Source: the human T2T-CHM13v2.0 reference genome, Homo sapiens. Taken from it: a stretch of DNA of 64,000 nt. How positions within the stretch are numbered: the first letter of the stretch is position 1; every line of letters begins with the position of its first letter. The stretch lies in NCBI RefSeq assembly GCF_009914755.1, contig NC_060929.1; one strand, written 5' to 3'. The notes under the pieces were generated by a model that did no database searches, had not been told where the DNA came from, and worked only from the letters and a program-made list of their open reading frames with translations. Positions 33,963-49,262 of the stretch are shown in pieces. The position numbers were made by a program, and so were the translations under genes.

Positions 33963-35289
33963 ATTTAATGTATACAATTTCAAAATTTTTCTGTAAATAA
34001 CCATTTTCACACAAAAAAGTAGTACTTTATAAACTTCTTTGTAAACTACTTTTATATATTGAGCCTTTCTATTCATTATATTTTTTACATCATAATTTTA
34101 ATAGCTGCAAGTTATTACATCATATAGATGAAACTTGCCAGTTTTAAACTCATGTGCTGTAATTGGATAGGCAATTGTTTCTAAGAAGTGGCTTCTAAAA
34201 TCCAAATAAAAGTTAATATTTTCCAAGATTAAACCTTTCAAAGTTTTGGAAGGAATTTATTAAAGTTATAGTTCTACAAGTAAAATTGCTGGTGCAAATG
34301 GTGTGCAAATTTTTAACATACAGTGGGATATTACCAAACCACTACAGCCAAGAATACTTAGAGAATCAGCACTTCCCCCCTACTGTCACAATCACTGGGC
34401 ATCATCATTAAAACAATTAAAAAGTGATTAAAGTGGACATATAAACTCAAAGCATGTATGTCGTTCACCCTGTGGTCTGGTCTGACTGACCTATCCCAAA
34501 GATGGAATATCATTGCCTGATCTACTCTGTTGAAAGCCTATTCTAGTCTTGTTTTCTTCTCAGCTATACCTGTTTCAAGGCTGGAGTTAGCAGCAGTGGG
34601 CATCTGAAAGCCTAATAAGAGCATTTCTCCTAGTATGATGGAGTTAAGTAGGCTTACATTCTCTCCTTTTACTAGCAAAGGCATAATTTAAAAATTTCTG
34701 AAGGCCAACGGAGTGGCACAACCCTAATGGGTTTCCTTTAAGAGAGAACCAGCTTATGTATGTGTGTTTCTATTTAGCAGGGACAATAAACACAAATAAT
34801 GTCATAATGCTGCTAGAAATTGAACGATTCAAAGATAAGGCCTGTACCAAATGTCGGTACATACAAAAAAAAAATCCAATCACTGTTACAATCAGATAAG
34901 GCCTCTTTCTCCCTGTGGGCAATAGGTTGTTTTTAAAGATACTATTAGATACCCTTTTTTTTTAAGTTATGAAAAGTAAAATCAATTCTTACTTTATTTT
35001 TATCTAAAATACTCATAAAAAGATTTTTCTGCTTTTGTAATCTGAAATGGAAAAACAAACTGCAATACCTTGTTTTTGTCTTCGTGTTTGATGAAAATAC
35101 CTGGTGTTAACAATTACCCAAGGTTGTACAGTAACTTGGAGATGTATGGCTTGTTTCAGAAGCCTCCAGGTTTTAAGAAATGATCCGATGGGAGCAATTT
35201 AATACAAACTCCAGTATTGCCATTATGATATAATGGCAAAATAAGAAACAAATCAAATAAATGTTGTAATTAATTAGGTCACAGTTCTA

Positions 35290-36540
<1,251 letters not shown>

Positions 36541-36551
36541 AGAATGCGGAC

Positions 36552-36968
36552 TGTAGTCATTTGCTAGGGTTGCTGTAACCAAATACTTATTCACAAAATG
36601 AGTTGCTTCAACAACAGAAATTTATTGTCTCACTCTCCCAAAGGCTAGAAATCTGAAATCAAGGTACTGTCAGAGTCAGTTTCTTCTATGGGCTGTGAGG
36701 GAAGGATAAGTTCCCAGGCCTCTCTCCTTGATTTGTAGATGGCTGTCTTCTCTTGATGTCTCTTCATATAGTCTTCCCTCTATGCATGTCTGTGTCCAAA
36801 TTTCCCCTTTTTATAAGGAAGCCAGTCATATGGGATTAAGGCCTACACTAATGGTCCTTAGTCCGTTTTAATTAATTACATGTGCAATGACTCATTTTCC
36901 AAGTAAGGTCACATTTTGATGTTCTGGGGATCATATATATTTTGGGGGACACAATTCATCCCATAACA
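36552..36968 (-). mobile_element. MaLR solo LTR (MLT1B/C-like)
   Basis: 'tgtagtcatttgctagggttgctgtaac' ... 'gggacacaattcatcccataaca'. Confidence 0.85.
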
Positions 36969-37439
36969 GGGATCATGTCTGTTTTGCCCACAATTGTGTT
37001 TCCAGTTGCTAAGCAGTGACAGAGCCATAAGTAAATAAAGAGATGAATGATGTTTCCTAGTGTTTATTAAGCTAAAATTACCTGGTATGGGGATTATCTT
37101 CTGAACATGAAAGGATTTATTCCCGTGTTATTTCTTCTCTTCTATCTTAATCATAAATTTTTGACTTAAAAAAGGAGGAAGACATAGGAATATAGTTTGT
37201 TCATAAAAACATATAACAACTGAGACCAATACCTGAGTCCAATTATGTGACCGTAATAGAGAGGCTATGCCTTTGTGAGAACTCAATAAATTTTTGTGGA
37301 AGAGAAACAGAGATGAGAAAGGCAGAAATAGGAAGGCACTCTATTCCTTATGGTTTTAAGGATTTGGAAACATGATATGCTGTATGGAAACAGAATAGTT
37401 CTGCTGCTCTCCATCCCTGAGATACTAAATGAAACATAC

Positions 37440-37986
37440 TATATCTTCCAAAGATAGCCAGAATAAAACTCCCCATAACAATGCTGTTCTGCAATAGAGT
37501 TTTGTCATTCCCCCATCAAGAGATGGAGCCTATCTTGTGACTGCTTTGATCAATAGAATACCGCCAAAATGATACTGTGTCAGTTTTGCCTATAGCCCTC
37601 AACTGATCCATCAGTTTTATTCTTTTTTCCCTTGGAAGTCAAACACCAGGTAAGAAGTATGACTACCCTAAGGCCACCAGCCTGTCAGAACAGCAAGCCA
37701 CATGAAGAAGCCCATGGAAGATGAGAGACCATGTGGAAAGAAGGAAAGAAGACATGGAACATGGGAGTACCACATCTGGGAGTAAGGAAACCATCTTGGA
37801 TTTGAGCCTGACTGAGCCTTCAGCCAGCCCCAGGTGCCAGCTGACTACAAACCTGTGAGTTCTCTAATGAGAACTGACCTCCTGAGCTCCCTCAATCCTC
37901 AATAACTGTGAGAGATAATCACGAATTGTTATTCTAAGATATTCAGTTTCAGAGTGGCGAGTTATGCAGCAGTAAAAGTAACCACA
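37440..37986 (+). mobile_element. MaLR solo LTR (MLT1G/H-like)
   Basis: 'ccccatcaagagatggagcct', 'gtgactgctttgatcaatagaata', 'aactgtgagagataat', 'gttatgcagca'. Confidence 0.75.
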
Positions 37987-39089
37987 GCCACCCAGTAAAT
38001 GTTGTGTTAATTCCTACCATGTAGCAGGTGCTAAATGTGGTGGTGTTGAATGGATAAACTCATCTCCAAGGTTCAAAGGGAATGAACATAGAGAATGGAG
38101 GGAAATGAATCTTATCAGCAAGATGTGAAAAGCCTCCTATTATAAGTTTTCTTTGAAAAGCTCCCTTCACTGGAAAGCTTTCAAGATTCTATGAGAATTA
38201 ATCTTAAATGGTTTCTCTCTACATTAGATCAGGCAAACAGGCCTTGAGGACCACAGAGGCTTTGGGGAGAGAGTTCCTGGTCCTGAGGACTAGCAGTGTA
38301 AAATAATCCCTTGGATGACAGCTTAAAACTGAGAATTTTACTCCTAGAAAGTATTAAGATTTGAAAAGAAGACATTTATCCAATCTGATGGCTCATCAAA
38401 GCATTACCCTCTTTATTTCCCCACCTCCACCCAGACCCAAAACCCAGTCTGGATCATTTGAATGAATACAATATTTTTTGTAAGTAATCTGAGTAATGAA
38501 AAATCTTTAGTTGGAGACTTAGCCCTGGCAAATTCATCAACCTTTAGTTGCCTTAATGTTTACTTTGTTAAATGCTAAGATCATAAAGAGAAATAGTTAT
38601 GTTTTTATTAATCAAGCCAGCATAGGGTTAAAAGAACTTTTGTGCATCAAGGCAAACTTTTACCTGTAGAAATAAGTAAATTTCAGATTTTACAAAAACA
38701 CTTTGCACAGCTAAATGCGTAATTGTCCAGGTGAAGCTCTCAAACATGTAATTCTGAATGCTTACATGTGTTCTGAATACATACATGAACTCTTTTTTAT
38801 ACTCCCACGCCCATGTCTGTACACTACATGTGTGCACACATACCTCTTCTCAAAGGTCACACCTCAAGTTTTCCAGCTATACTCACATCATCCAATTGCA
38901 ATCTCTTTTATTTCTTTAAAAATTAAAACATACTTTCAACCAAAAGTGCTACATATTACAGAAAATTTATAAAATACAGAAAGGTATTTTTAAGAGATTT
39001 CTCCAACTGTGTAGCTTTATTTTCCTGCTACAGCTGCCACTGCACACTCCTCTGTATGTGCCTCCTGATTCCAGCCTTGATGCAGCCTC

Positions 39090-39470
39090 TGATAAGGGCA
39101 GTAGAACTAGCCATGAGAACCTTCCAAGTTCGGATGAGAACTATGCTCCATGAAGTAGATGTTTAATAACTGGCTCTCTAAATGTAGTTCAGACATGAGT
39201 ATATATTGATATTTTCGTTTATATTAACAAGTAAGATGAAAAATATGAAAATGAAACAATAAAGACATACTTTCAAACATTACCTCTTTATCAATCACCC
39301 TAAGCAAATTCTTTGTTGAATAAGATAATTTTCAAGCACCAGAAGAATATTTTCTCAATTGTTTGTGTTAGTTACAACATTACAGCTACAGACCAGACAC
39401 ACTTTTAAATTTAATTTGCACCATTTTCTTAAATCTAGACAATCGATAAAACAACAAATCAGAATGATAG
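39090..39470. mobile_element. hAT-Blackjack (MER63C/D-like) fragment
   Basis: 'aaatttaatttgcaccattttcttaaatctagacaatcgataaaacaacaaatcag' resembles my recollection of MER63 internal sequence. Confidence 0.5.
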
Positions 39471-42400
39471 AGCTTATGCCTTTTCTACTGGACCATCATT
39501 GATGTTTTTAAGCATGCTATGATTCAAGGTAGGTCTTGTTCTGTGAATCCATAACTGGTTACTTGTGTAGTCCTCTTCTGTTTTAAAATTCGATTAATAT
39601 GGTTATAACTCAAGAAATAAATGACAAGCACACCAGTTTAAGTACTTACTTTGTATCTTAGCACCAATTAAAGATTGATTCCATGGTATTATATTACACC
39701 TCTTAGTATTCAAAAGCCACATAATTTACACTATTTATTTCCACTCTGGGTACTTGGTTTTCAAAGAATATACCGCACTTCTATTTACAGGATTATCCCC
39801 TGAGAAGTAATAAATAGGCTATAATTTCCTGCACATGTAGTTTGCTTTTTAAAAGTTTTTTTAAACTTTTTTTATGGAGGTAAAATATATGTATAAAACT
39901 TACTATACTTACCAGTTTGCTTTTAAAAAACAAACTGAGCATAAGCTAAAAACCTTCAACAATAGTCCTTCTTTATAACCAAACTCTCATTGTCAGTCAG
40001 ACTATTTTATTACAATTGTTTACTTTTTAGAAATCATCAATGTGCAGGTATCTTACTTGGGAAAATTCTGACAATTGTCTTGCATTTATTCTGTAAAACA
40101 CTTGTAATCCTATAATGTTTTTTGAACCAATGGGACACCAACACCCAATAGAAGGAGTTCTGAGGTACCTTCAGATGGGTGGCTAAAAGAAAAACCTGCT
40201 TATTTAAAAGAAATGATGAGTATTAATGGACAAAGAAATGGAGCCATCACAAGTACATATTCTTTGAACTTTCCACGTACATCTTTTCATGGCCGAATAT
40301 ACTTCTAACTATGACATTTAAAATATTTCTTAGACCAGCTTCTATTTTAACTCATCATTCTTGGGATATAGTCAACTACAAAGGAAAGTTACAGAGAGTT
40401 ACAGGCAAATCTTGACTTTGAATCTAAACTGGCCGGTCGATGTAGACTCCACTTACACATAAAATGCTACATTGGAAACAAAAATACTAAACATTTCAGA
40501 GAGTAAAACCAAAAGCAACCAACTGTGGGAGCTTAAAATTCTGAAGTAAAGCATTATATTATATTAAAATTATCTTTTCTCTCTCTGTTGACAGCATTCA
40601 ACAGAGTATCAAGGAATGGTAACGCAGTTTTCAGACAGGAAATATGCAGAGGAATTGCATATTTGGATCACTCTGTGTTCATTCATACTAAGACAAAATT
40701 ACCCCACCAAAAGGTATTCTCTTTACTATAAGTAGCATATTCTCTTTACTATAAGCAATATATCAGCAAAAGAATATTACTATCAGTCAGAATGCAATTG
40801 CCACTACAACACATTTTTGGCTATTTTTAGACACTCTGTGTCTCATGTTGCCAAACTTTAGAAGGACTCTGTCTTCTTACTTTACAGATACAGTGATTCT
40901 GATCTTTGAGAATGAGAAGTAGCTCAGGAGACTTACTATAGAAATGTTAGATATTAAAATACAACACTGTGAGACAGTTTTGGTCTAGGGTTGTTGGATG
41001 TTACTCTTCCACATTTTCTTACACTCCAGAGCTGAGCAAACTAACCTGGGATGCACCATGCATTCTTAGTTACCTTAGGCCTAATTAGGTTCCTTTTAAA
41101 CTTGGCATCGTTCACACAAACATTCCTTTTTGGAAATGACAGTCAAGGAGAAGACTCATGGTGGCCAAGATGCTGTAAATGAAATTTCTTTATCAGAGAC
41201 TCTCAGCCAGATTCCCAGAAGACTTTTCATAGAACCATGGTGCTTTCTCTTAAAGAGTGAAAGTCAAAGTGTGGTCTGGTCTTAGAGTGGGACAGTGGGG
41301 TCCACCACAGCACAGCCTCTGGAAGGAGAATGGATAGAACTGGTGCTTGGATAGAACTGGTGCTCTGCAGCTTCATCATTTTCATCAAGAAAACAGATCT
41401 GAAGGCTGCAGACCTGAACAAATTATAATTCTCATCTTATCTCTATTAAGCACTTTATTATAATTGTTTACCAGCTCTACTAAATTTATTCCAAATAACT
41501 GAAAGACATTTATGGGCCTAAATTCTGAAAACTTGTTGGTTTTGCACTTGATAACTTCTAATGAAAATTACTTAATAGAATAGTAAAGGTGAAGCCATGC
41601 ATTTGATATGCAATAGAATGAGATTTGAATCTCAGCTATAGTCCATTTGTAAAATATAGATAATATTTTTTCCTAAAATCCTTCGGATTGAATGTGATAA
41701 TACACATAGGCTTAGCACACACTAATAGTTCAATGAATTATTACAATTATCTATTTTCATAGGCACTATTACTATTGGAGGACTTTTTCTAATGAAAGAA
41801 ATTATTTCTGTGGTGTCTATAACACCAAATTACCTATGAAAACATAAAAATTTTGGTAATTATTCACAAATAATATAAAAACTACATTTCTTTTCAAATA
41901 GAAAAAGTCTATATTGTTTTCTAATGATAAAGTTAGTATATGTTCATGATAAATTTTAAAGAAGTTAATGATAAAAAGTAAACCTCTCTCCTAATTTTAT
42001 AACTCCAAGATTTAGATTTATTCTTTCAGATTTATCAAAATGAATACTTACATGTATAGATACATAAATATGTATTTTTTACTCATCTTTAATTGGGCTC
42101 AGTAGTGTGACCCAGACATTTTTATATGTCATTACACAGAGAAAGCCCATTATTCTTAAGTTCCACATAGTGTTCCATTAATTTGATAAACTATAATTTT
42201 ATATATCATAATAGTACTGGATGTTAAGCATATTTCAAACTTGTAGCAATCTCAGATTATAATAAAATAAAGTTACATGCTACAGAATGGTTGCCAGTTT
42301 TTGTGATATTTTATCAGAATTAATAAAGGACATACAGTGGGGTTGATATAATTCTTTTTAGATTAATAATGAAAAAGATGGTATTTTAAACATCCTAAAG

Positions 42401-42879
42401 CCACTTAAATGCTAGTACATATTTTAAAGGCCAGAGTGTTCTTTGCCCACATCACAGCAAAAGTTTAAGCACATATTTGCAGGATATATCTTGAAAGAGA
42501 GAAATGTGTCAAAATGAGATAAATGAAGATATTTCAATGACATTTACCATCAGATGAAATAGATAGTACAGCGGAAGTAAGAAAAAAAATGAAGGCACTC
42601 AAGACACATCATTGAGATTTAAGGCAAAAAAGTGGCTCTACCCAGTCTTCATGATACTCATTAGAAGAGAATGGTATGAGAAGACTGAAAGTAAAAATGA
42701 ATTCCATTTTGATAAATTGTTTTCTTTTAACTTACACAATTAGAAAAATACATTTCAGAATGCATAAGAAATATGACAAAAGAGACAAGTCATCAAAACC
42801 TTATATGTACATAGAGTGCCAGTTTATAATTAATTGGATTTCAGAACTACAAACCAGCAAACCTGATTATGATCACAAA

Positions 42880-43330
42880 GATGAAGTAATAAGTAGCTTA
42901 TGTACTACTAGGCTTATGAGTATACCGAGGTAAAAAAGTGCCCATGATACACCAGTGGGGATCCACTACGACAAATCATACTGTATTAACAGTCTAATTT
43001 TTAAGTTGTTTTACTAAATTTGCAGATTATAGGAATCTTGTCAATACAGTTGATCAGAAAAATAAGCAAAATTAAAAAAAAAAGTCACCCTTGCTCTGGT
43101 TTTGGGTAAGATGATGTGTGAACTACCAGTTTTTAAGTCCTTTAGAAGAATGAGTCTCAGCCTATCCCTTAATCATTTTTCTATGTGAAGTTTTTACAGT
43201 TATTGAGGTGAACCAAAGATGAAATCCATATTACGTTTTTCAGGTGACTCAAAACTAGGGAGGACAATTGGGTACAGATTCAAAATATTTCAGAGTGATG
43301 TGAAACATTAATAGAAATCTGAACAATCCT
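42880..43330 (+). mobile_element. L3/CR1 relic (RT region)
   Basis: 'tttcaggtgactcaaaactagggagg..cagattcaaaat' resembles the CR1 FADDTKLGG..RIQ coding motif. Confidence 0.5.
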
Positions 43331-43729
43331 AAACTTAAAATCTTACAGTTTGCTGCTATGGCAAGCATCACCTGGCTGGCATTGTGTAGTCTTAGTCAAT
43401 GAAGGAAAGGGTTTCTGTTTAGAGAATTGCACGAAATTTGAAATAATTGGGCTGCCATTTTAAACTCATCAAAAATAAAGGGTTCAATCTTAGGCAAGTC
43501 GGTCAACAGTTTATCTTAGAGACAAATTAAATTCCCACTGATATTATTTATAAAAAAGTGAGACTGTCAACTCACCTTCATTTCTCCTCTCCCTTGTTCC
43601 TGTCATATGGTATTTATTGAATGCCTACTTTATGACAGGTTCTATGCTAGATGATACAAGAATTATCTTAAAAGATAAGTTAGAAAAGCATCTTGCCATC
43701 AAAAAGTTTATAATTATATAATTAAGGCC

Positions 43730-43955
43730 ATATGGTAGAGTGCACAGAGGAAGGACTTCAGAATGAAAAAGATTCAAACACAAATTTTAATTTTTCCATT
43801 TTTAAATGAGGCCTTTGGGTGAGTGACTAAAACTTTTTGAACGCCCTTTTCCCCTCATTTTTAAAATGGAGAAAATAATGTTTATTTCATAATGTTACTA
43901 TGAGAATAAAATACAATAATGTAATATTAATAGTAAATATTTAATAAAGGTCATA
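43730..43955 (+). mobile_element. MIR
   Basis: 'cctttgggtgagtgactaaaac', 'cctcattttttaaaatggaga'. Confidence 0.6.
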
Positions 43956-44294
43956 ATTTACAAAAGAGATTTAGGCTTGAATATCTACAATAAAAAGGAA
44001 GGAGCAATAAGCACCACAAAAAAGGTTTGATTGAAGTCCTGTTTGAGCTAAAGGAGATTTTTTAATTAATATCTGTTTTTACCTTCTATTTATAAATTCA
44101 TATAATGGAAACTTTCAAATATACACACAAAAAGACCAGCAGTACAATAAATCCTCATGCATCCACTACACACCTTCAATAATTATTAAAATATTTTCCT
44201 CTTAATTCTTCTTTTCTTCAGTTTGTTTGTATTATCATTTTCTTCTCTAACTACTATTGCACTTTGATTCTTTCTTTAACCCAGAAGCTAATTA

Positions 44295-44555
44295 AGGGAG
44301 GCAGAATAGCAAAGTGGTTGAACACACACACACATACACACTGTAATTAGACTGCTTTGTTTATATTCCACATATATAAGTTACTAGCTCTGTACCTGGA
44401 CACATCTTATATCTCTCTTGTCATATGGTTCTTCATCCATAAAATGACAATAATAACTTAATAAAGATTTTGTGATTATATGAGCTGATTAAGACAAAAA
44501 TCTCAGCAAACTGCAAGTATATAATAAACATTCAATAAACACTAGCTATTATTAT
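44295..44555 (+). mobile_element. MIR
   Basis: 'atagcaaagtggttgaac' ... 'ttcttcatccataaaatg' ... 'tcaataaacactagctattattatt'. Confidence 0.65.
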
Positions 44556-45329
44556 TCTAATTTCCAAGTGATTTGAATTGATTTGTTTATGCTGATGTTA
44601 TTAATTACTAGTTTCATAGCATTGATTATGGAGAATGTGGACTATAACATTTCTTGATTCTTGATTTATTGATTGAAATTATGCTCCTGAAACAAGGTCA
44701 ATCTTTTGCAAATGTTCAATGGGTCCTTAAAAGAAGATCTATTCTGAGTTTTTAGGGTAAAGAAATTCAATATTAGCTATAAATCAAGCTAATTAATTAT
44801 TTATTTCTCCATTTTCATAACTATGGCCCATTTTATTTTTAATAACTTGAAAATCCTTTTAAAGCCTAATAATACTTTGTATACCTTTTTTTTTTTTTTC
44901 TTCACATAATCAACTAAGGTACCTCAAGGGTGATAAAAGGGTGACATTCTTCTATCCCCAGTCCTTGTCTCCAGCCTGGCAGTAGGCAAATGACTCAGAG
45001 ATTTGCCAATGCCATTCTATTTGATAAGTTCTCTTCATACTCTCCTTTTGGCTACAACCTAATCATTCTTAAACCTTAAACCTTAACTTCACTTAACTTC
45101 CCCATAGATTAAGTCTTGGATTTATGTGTTTCTTATAATGTCCTGTGCTTTTCCTTCCTAATATTTATTAATTTGTAATTCTACAGTTATTTATTACTTG
45201 TTGAATTCTAGCTACCTCCAGAATGTAAGCCCATGAGCTATAGAGAATTGTGTTTTATTCACGTCTCTATGCCAAACACACTACACAGAGCCTGGCCACA
45301 AAAGTTTAGAATCCTAGTTTTGAGCCGAA

Positions 45330-45515
45330 GTAACAGAATTCCTCATTTTAAGTATTGTCTTTGCCTCTTACCCACTGTGTGACTTTGGGCAAGCCACTTA
45401 GTTTTCAGGCATTTGTCTTCTTTATCTTCAAAATGGAGATAATTAATTATACCTACATTACAGAATCATTTGAGTGTTAAATGAGATGAATTTATAAGGC
45501 AACTAAAGCACTGGC
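45330..45515 (+). mobile_element. MIR
   Basis: 'ctgtgtgactttgggcaagccacttagt', 'aaaatggagataat'. Confidence 0.7.
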
Positions 45516-45519
45516 AGCT

Positions 45520-45995
45520 ATATGCCAAGCCTGTTTCTAGGGACTGGGGGCATGATAGTAACCGAGAGAAATGAGGTCCTTGCTCTTGTGAATTCGTATT
45601 CCAGAAGGAGAATAAAAAGAGGAAAAAAAATAAACACATACCCAAGATAAGTTAAGAAATGATAAGTGAAATTTAAAGAAGGAGAAGAAAAGAGGAAGAG
45701 GAAGTAGAGGAAAAGAAAAAAAGGTTAACGTGTGAAAAGTAAATGGAATCAGATATTTGGATAAGCTTATAGTGAGTGTTCAAGGGTGTCCTCTCTGCAG
45801 ACCTGGTATTTAAGCTGATATTTAAATAGCAAGAAGAAACCAGCCATGTGAGTGAGTAAACGAGAGAAGAGCAATCTAGTCAGAGGGATCAGCAAGACTC
45901 TGTCATAGAAATGAGCTTTGGGTAACTGGAGACAGCAAGAAAGCCACTGTGGCCAGAGTACAATAAGCAAGAGAGAAATTAGAGGTAATTTTATA
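45520..45995 (-). mobile_element. L2 fragment
   Basis: 'ggtccttgctcttgtgaatt', 'aagaagaaaccagccatgtgag', 'caagaaagccactgtggccagag'. Confidence 0.6.
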
Positions 45996-47385
45996 TCGTA
46001 GGTAAGACAGTGGGAGAGAAAGAGCCAGAAGCCAAAATATACTTAAAATCCTGCTTGGCACACAGTAATAACTCAATAATATTAGCTAGTTTAATTGCTA
46101 GTACTGTCATATTATAGTTTTATTATTTTCTTATAACTAATAAATTACTTTTGAATGAATAAGTCAATGTCTGAATAGAAATGAATATGAATGCTCCCAG
46201 GAAATGGAAAAATCAAGGCATAGAAAAATTGAGGAACTTACTAAGGTTCATTTGCCTCTTGGGCATAGGAAAATTGAAGAACTTACTAAGGTTCATTTGC
46301 CTCTTGCCTAGCACAGACATATAAGACATCCTTAGAAGGACTGAAAGTAGATATTGGAGATACAAACATAAATTTGATGTTGCTTTCAGGGTGGCACGAT
46401 TAATTGTAATATGAAGTCAAAGAAGTCTCATGCTTCAAAAGAAGGACAACCAATGTATTCTGTATGTTGACTGGAGGCAGAGAACATTGCTTGTCATTAG
46501 AGTTGACTGTAAACAGCCTGGTACAGACTGATAAGCTTCCATTTCCTCTTTTTCTGTCACCGTACCTTGCTTTTCTCCTGGAAGGACCCTCTCCCCTATT
46601 TTTAGTACTTGTGATTTTAGTGAGATGGCATCTTCTTCATGCCTGGTAATTTGGAACACTCGCATGCCTTAGGCCATATTGATGAGTTCAAAGAAAATTG
46701 TGTCATAAAAGTTGGTTTGGTTTTGTTTTTTATCATAAGCCAATTCTGGACCTTGGGTGAAACTACTTGAGAAAAGTATCCTTTTCAACTAGCTATGATA
46801 TAACCCTAAGTTTGGCATGCACTTTATGGCCTCAAGGAGAGAAATCTCCAGCTTAAAACTGGAGATAAAAAAAAGAGGTAAGGGCCTAAAGACAGAGAAC
46901 AAATACTGAAGACACTGAGGAGTATCTGGATCCCACTTTGCTTAAATACCACTCTACTGTCTCATTATTAAGGCAAAAAAATAATTACTTTTATACTTAA
47001 GCCCATCTGAATCAGCTCTTCTGTCACTTGCAAAGAAATGAGACTTGGTTGAAAGACACATTTTAAAAGATGGATGGTATCTGGGCATTTGAACAAAGAT
47101 TAGAGAAAATGTCAAAGTACCTAAGTAATACTAACAGCTAAAAAATGTGAGATGGCTTTATTTTATAGCCTGCCAGACTTCAGATCACTTTTGTTGGCTT
47201 TATATATATATATATATATGTTTTGGGATTTTTTGTTTGTTCCTTCTTTTCTTCTTAACATAGAAGATGTGACATGTCTATACGTTGACTGAATTCTGCT
47301 ATCCATTTCCCTTAGGCACTTTTCCCAGATAACCCCTGAGGTTCTCCAATCAGAGCTTTGTCATCCTGAAATGCAAAGCAAGCCA

Positions 47386-47932
47386 TGTCAAAGCAAAAAC
47401 TTCACCAAAGTTAAACAAGCAAAGAAGACTTTATTCTAGACTATTACAATAAGGAGAGAGGCAGAACTTGGTCTGGAATTAATTCCACTGGAACAAAGGG
47501 CAGGAGAGTTTTTAAAAGCCTGGGTGGAATCAGGGAAAGGGAGATCTTAGGCCATCTGTGGTTACTAATTGGCCTTACCCAAAGAAGAAAATATAAACAT
47601 TATTTCTCATACCTTTGTGACCAAAGGTAGTTTTACAACATGGAGCAAGAGGCCCACCTAATTTAGGTTCCTACTGTCCCATGGAAACTATGGAAATAGG
47701 GGTATCTCAGTTAATATTTACATTTCAAAGAGCTAGCACCCTGGTCCTTAAAAAAAATCTGTCCTAGGTAGAAGGAGGACTTTAAAAAGATTTGCATCTC
47801 AAAGGGGCAAAGACATAATTTATAATTTCAAGTTTTCTAAGAAAAATGCTCTAAGCAAAGAGTCAGAGCTTAGAGTCTATAAGAAACCTAAGTTTTGTCA
47901 AGCTGAGAAAAACATTAAGGCCCTCTTAGTCA
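47386..47932 (-). mobile_element. ERV1 solo LTR (MER31-like)
   Basis: TG..CA termini: 'tgtcaaagcaaaaac..aagactttatt' and 'caagctgagaaaaacattaaggccctcttagtca'; near 4-bp TSD gcca/acca. Confidence 0.75.
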
Positions 47933-48524
47933 ACCAATGTGAGATATGCTGAATGTTCCCCCAAGCACTGTCTTTGTGTGCTCAGTTAAAGCAGCTGCAT
48001 AAATGGCTTGGGCACCTCTTTGGATCTGCTCAGTTGTAAAGCTATTGAGACTTTCAGACTCAGTTCTCTGGAAACATAAATCAGCACCACTCTGGCTCAG
48101 ACTCTCTTTCAAGATTAGGGTGGTGACAAGGACAGCTTGTCCTCCATGGATGGAAATTCTCAAACAATTCCACTTGTAAAATTGAGAAAGTAACTGTCTT
48201 TCAGGGTTGTTGCAAAGACAATAAAAGCACATAAAAACCCCAAACATGGTAACGGAAACTTAGCAGAGAGTAAAAAAAAAAAAAAAAAATCTACTAATTA
48301 GTATTATTTACTTTCCAAAGGCACAGTTTGAATTTCAGAATTTAAGGGACTTGAATGGTTATTGAACCAAAGATTGTATATTGGGGGGACTGAATTTTGC
48401 CTACAGCCATGTTTTATTTGTTCTATGTGTTTATTTGTTTTTCGTATGTACTTTGTTTTTACAGATTCAGCTTAGTTGGCAATGTTTTTTAATTGGGAGA
48501 TTCCATACACAAATCTAAATTAAA

Positions 48525-48950
48525 CTATTCTCTTATTGATGGATATTTAGGGTTTTTTTTCAACTTTTTGCTAATATAAATAAATAGTGCTTGAACATGT
48601 CTTCCATTAAAGACCGGGGAGTGTCTCTAGGGTAAATTTGGGAATGTGAAACTGTTAGATCATAGGGAAGAGATATTTAAAATTTTAATGGATGTGACCA
48701 AATTACCCCCCAAAGTGCCTGAATCAATCTGCAGTATCACCTGCCACATGACAATGCTTATTTCCTGACGACTTCTTTAATATTTTATAGGGTTTTCTCC
48801 AATTTAATCATTTACAGTTGGATTTCGTTATTTTGTTTTGCACTTTCCTGATGACTTGTTAGGTGCACCTCTTTTATGTTTATTGGTGGCTTGTGTTTCC
48901 TTTTGTATGAATTCCTTACATTTATTCTTTGACAACCTTCTACAGAGGAG
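48525..48950 (-). mobile_element. L1ME fragment
   Basis: 'tattgatggatatttagggttttttt', 'ccaaattacccccaaag' antisense old-L1 motifs. Confidence 0.6.
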
Positions 48951-48974
48951 TAGAAGAGTCCAATTATTATTACT

Positions 48975-49262
48975 GTTTTTAGATGGGGTTCTCACTCTGT
49001 CACCCAGGCTGGAGTGCCATGGCATGATCACAGCTCACTGCAGCCTTGATCTCCTGGACCCAGGTAATTCTGCCACCACGGCCTCCAGACTAGCTGAGAT
49101 TACAGGCACATGCCACCATGCCTGGCTTATTTATTTATTTATTGTAGAGATGGGCTCTTGCTTTGTTGCTCAGGCTAATCTCAAACTCCTGGCCTCAAGT
49201 GATCCTCCTGCCCTAGCCTCCCAAAGTGCTGGGATTACAGTTGTGAGGCACTGCACCCAGCC
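48975..49262 (-). mobile_element. Alu (AluJ-like)
   Basis: 'gatcacagctcactgcagcc', 'ctggcctcaagtgatcctcctgcc'. Confidence 0.95.

Noticed and set aside
34549-34620. Acceptor-like 'ttgttttcttctcag'
   Set aside because: No convincing downstream donor or open frame
41331-41364. 17-bp perfect tandem duplication (similar short ones at ~40715-40755 and ~58937-58978)
   Set aside because: Ordinary slippage duplications with two copies and no spacers; not an array or CRISPR-like structure
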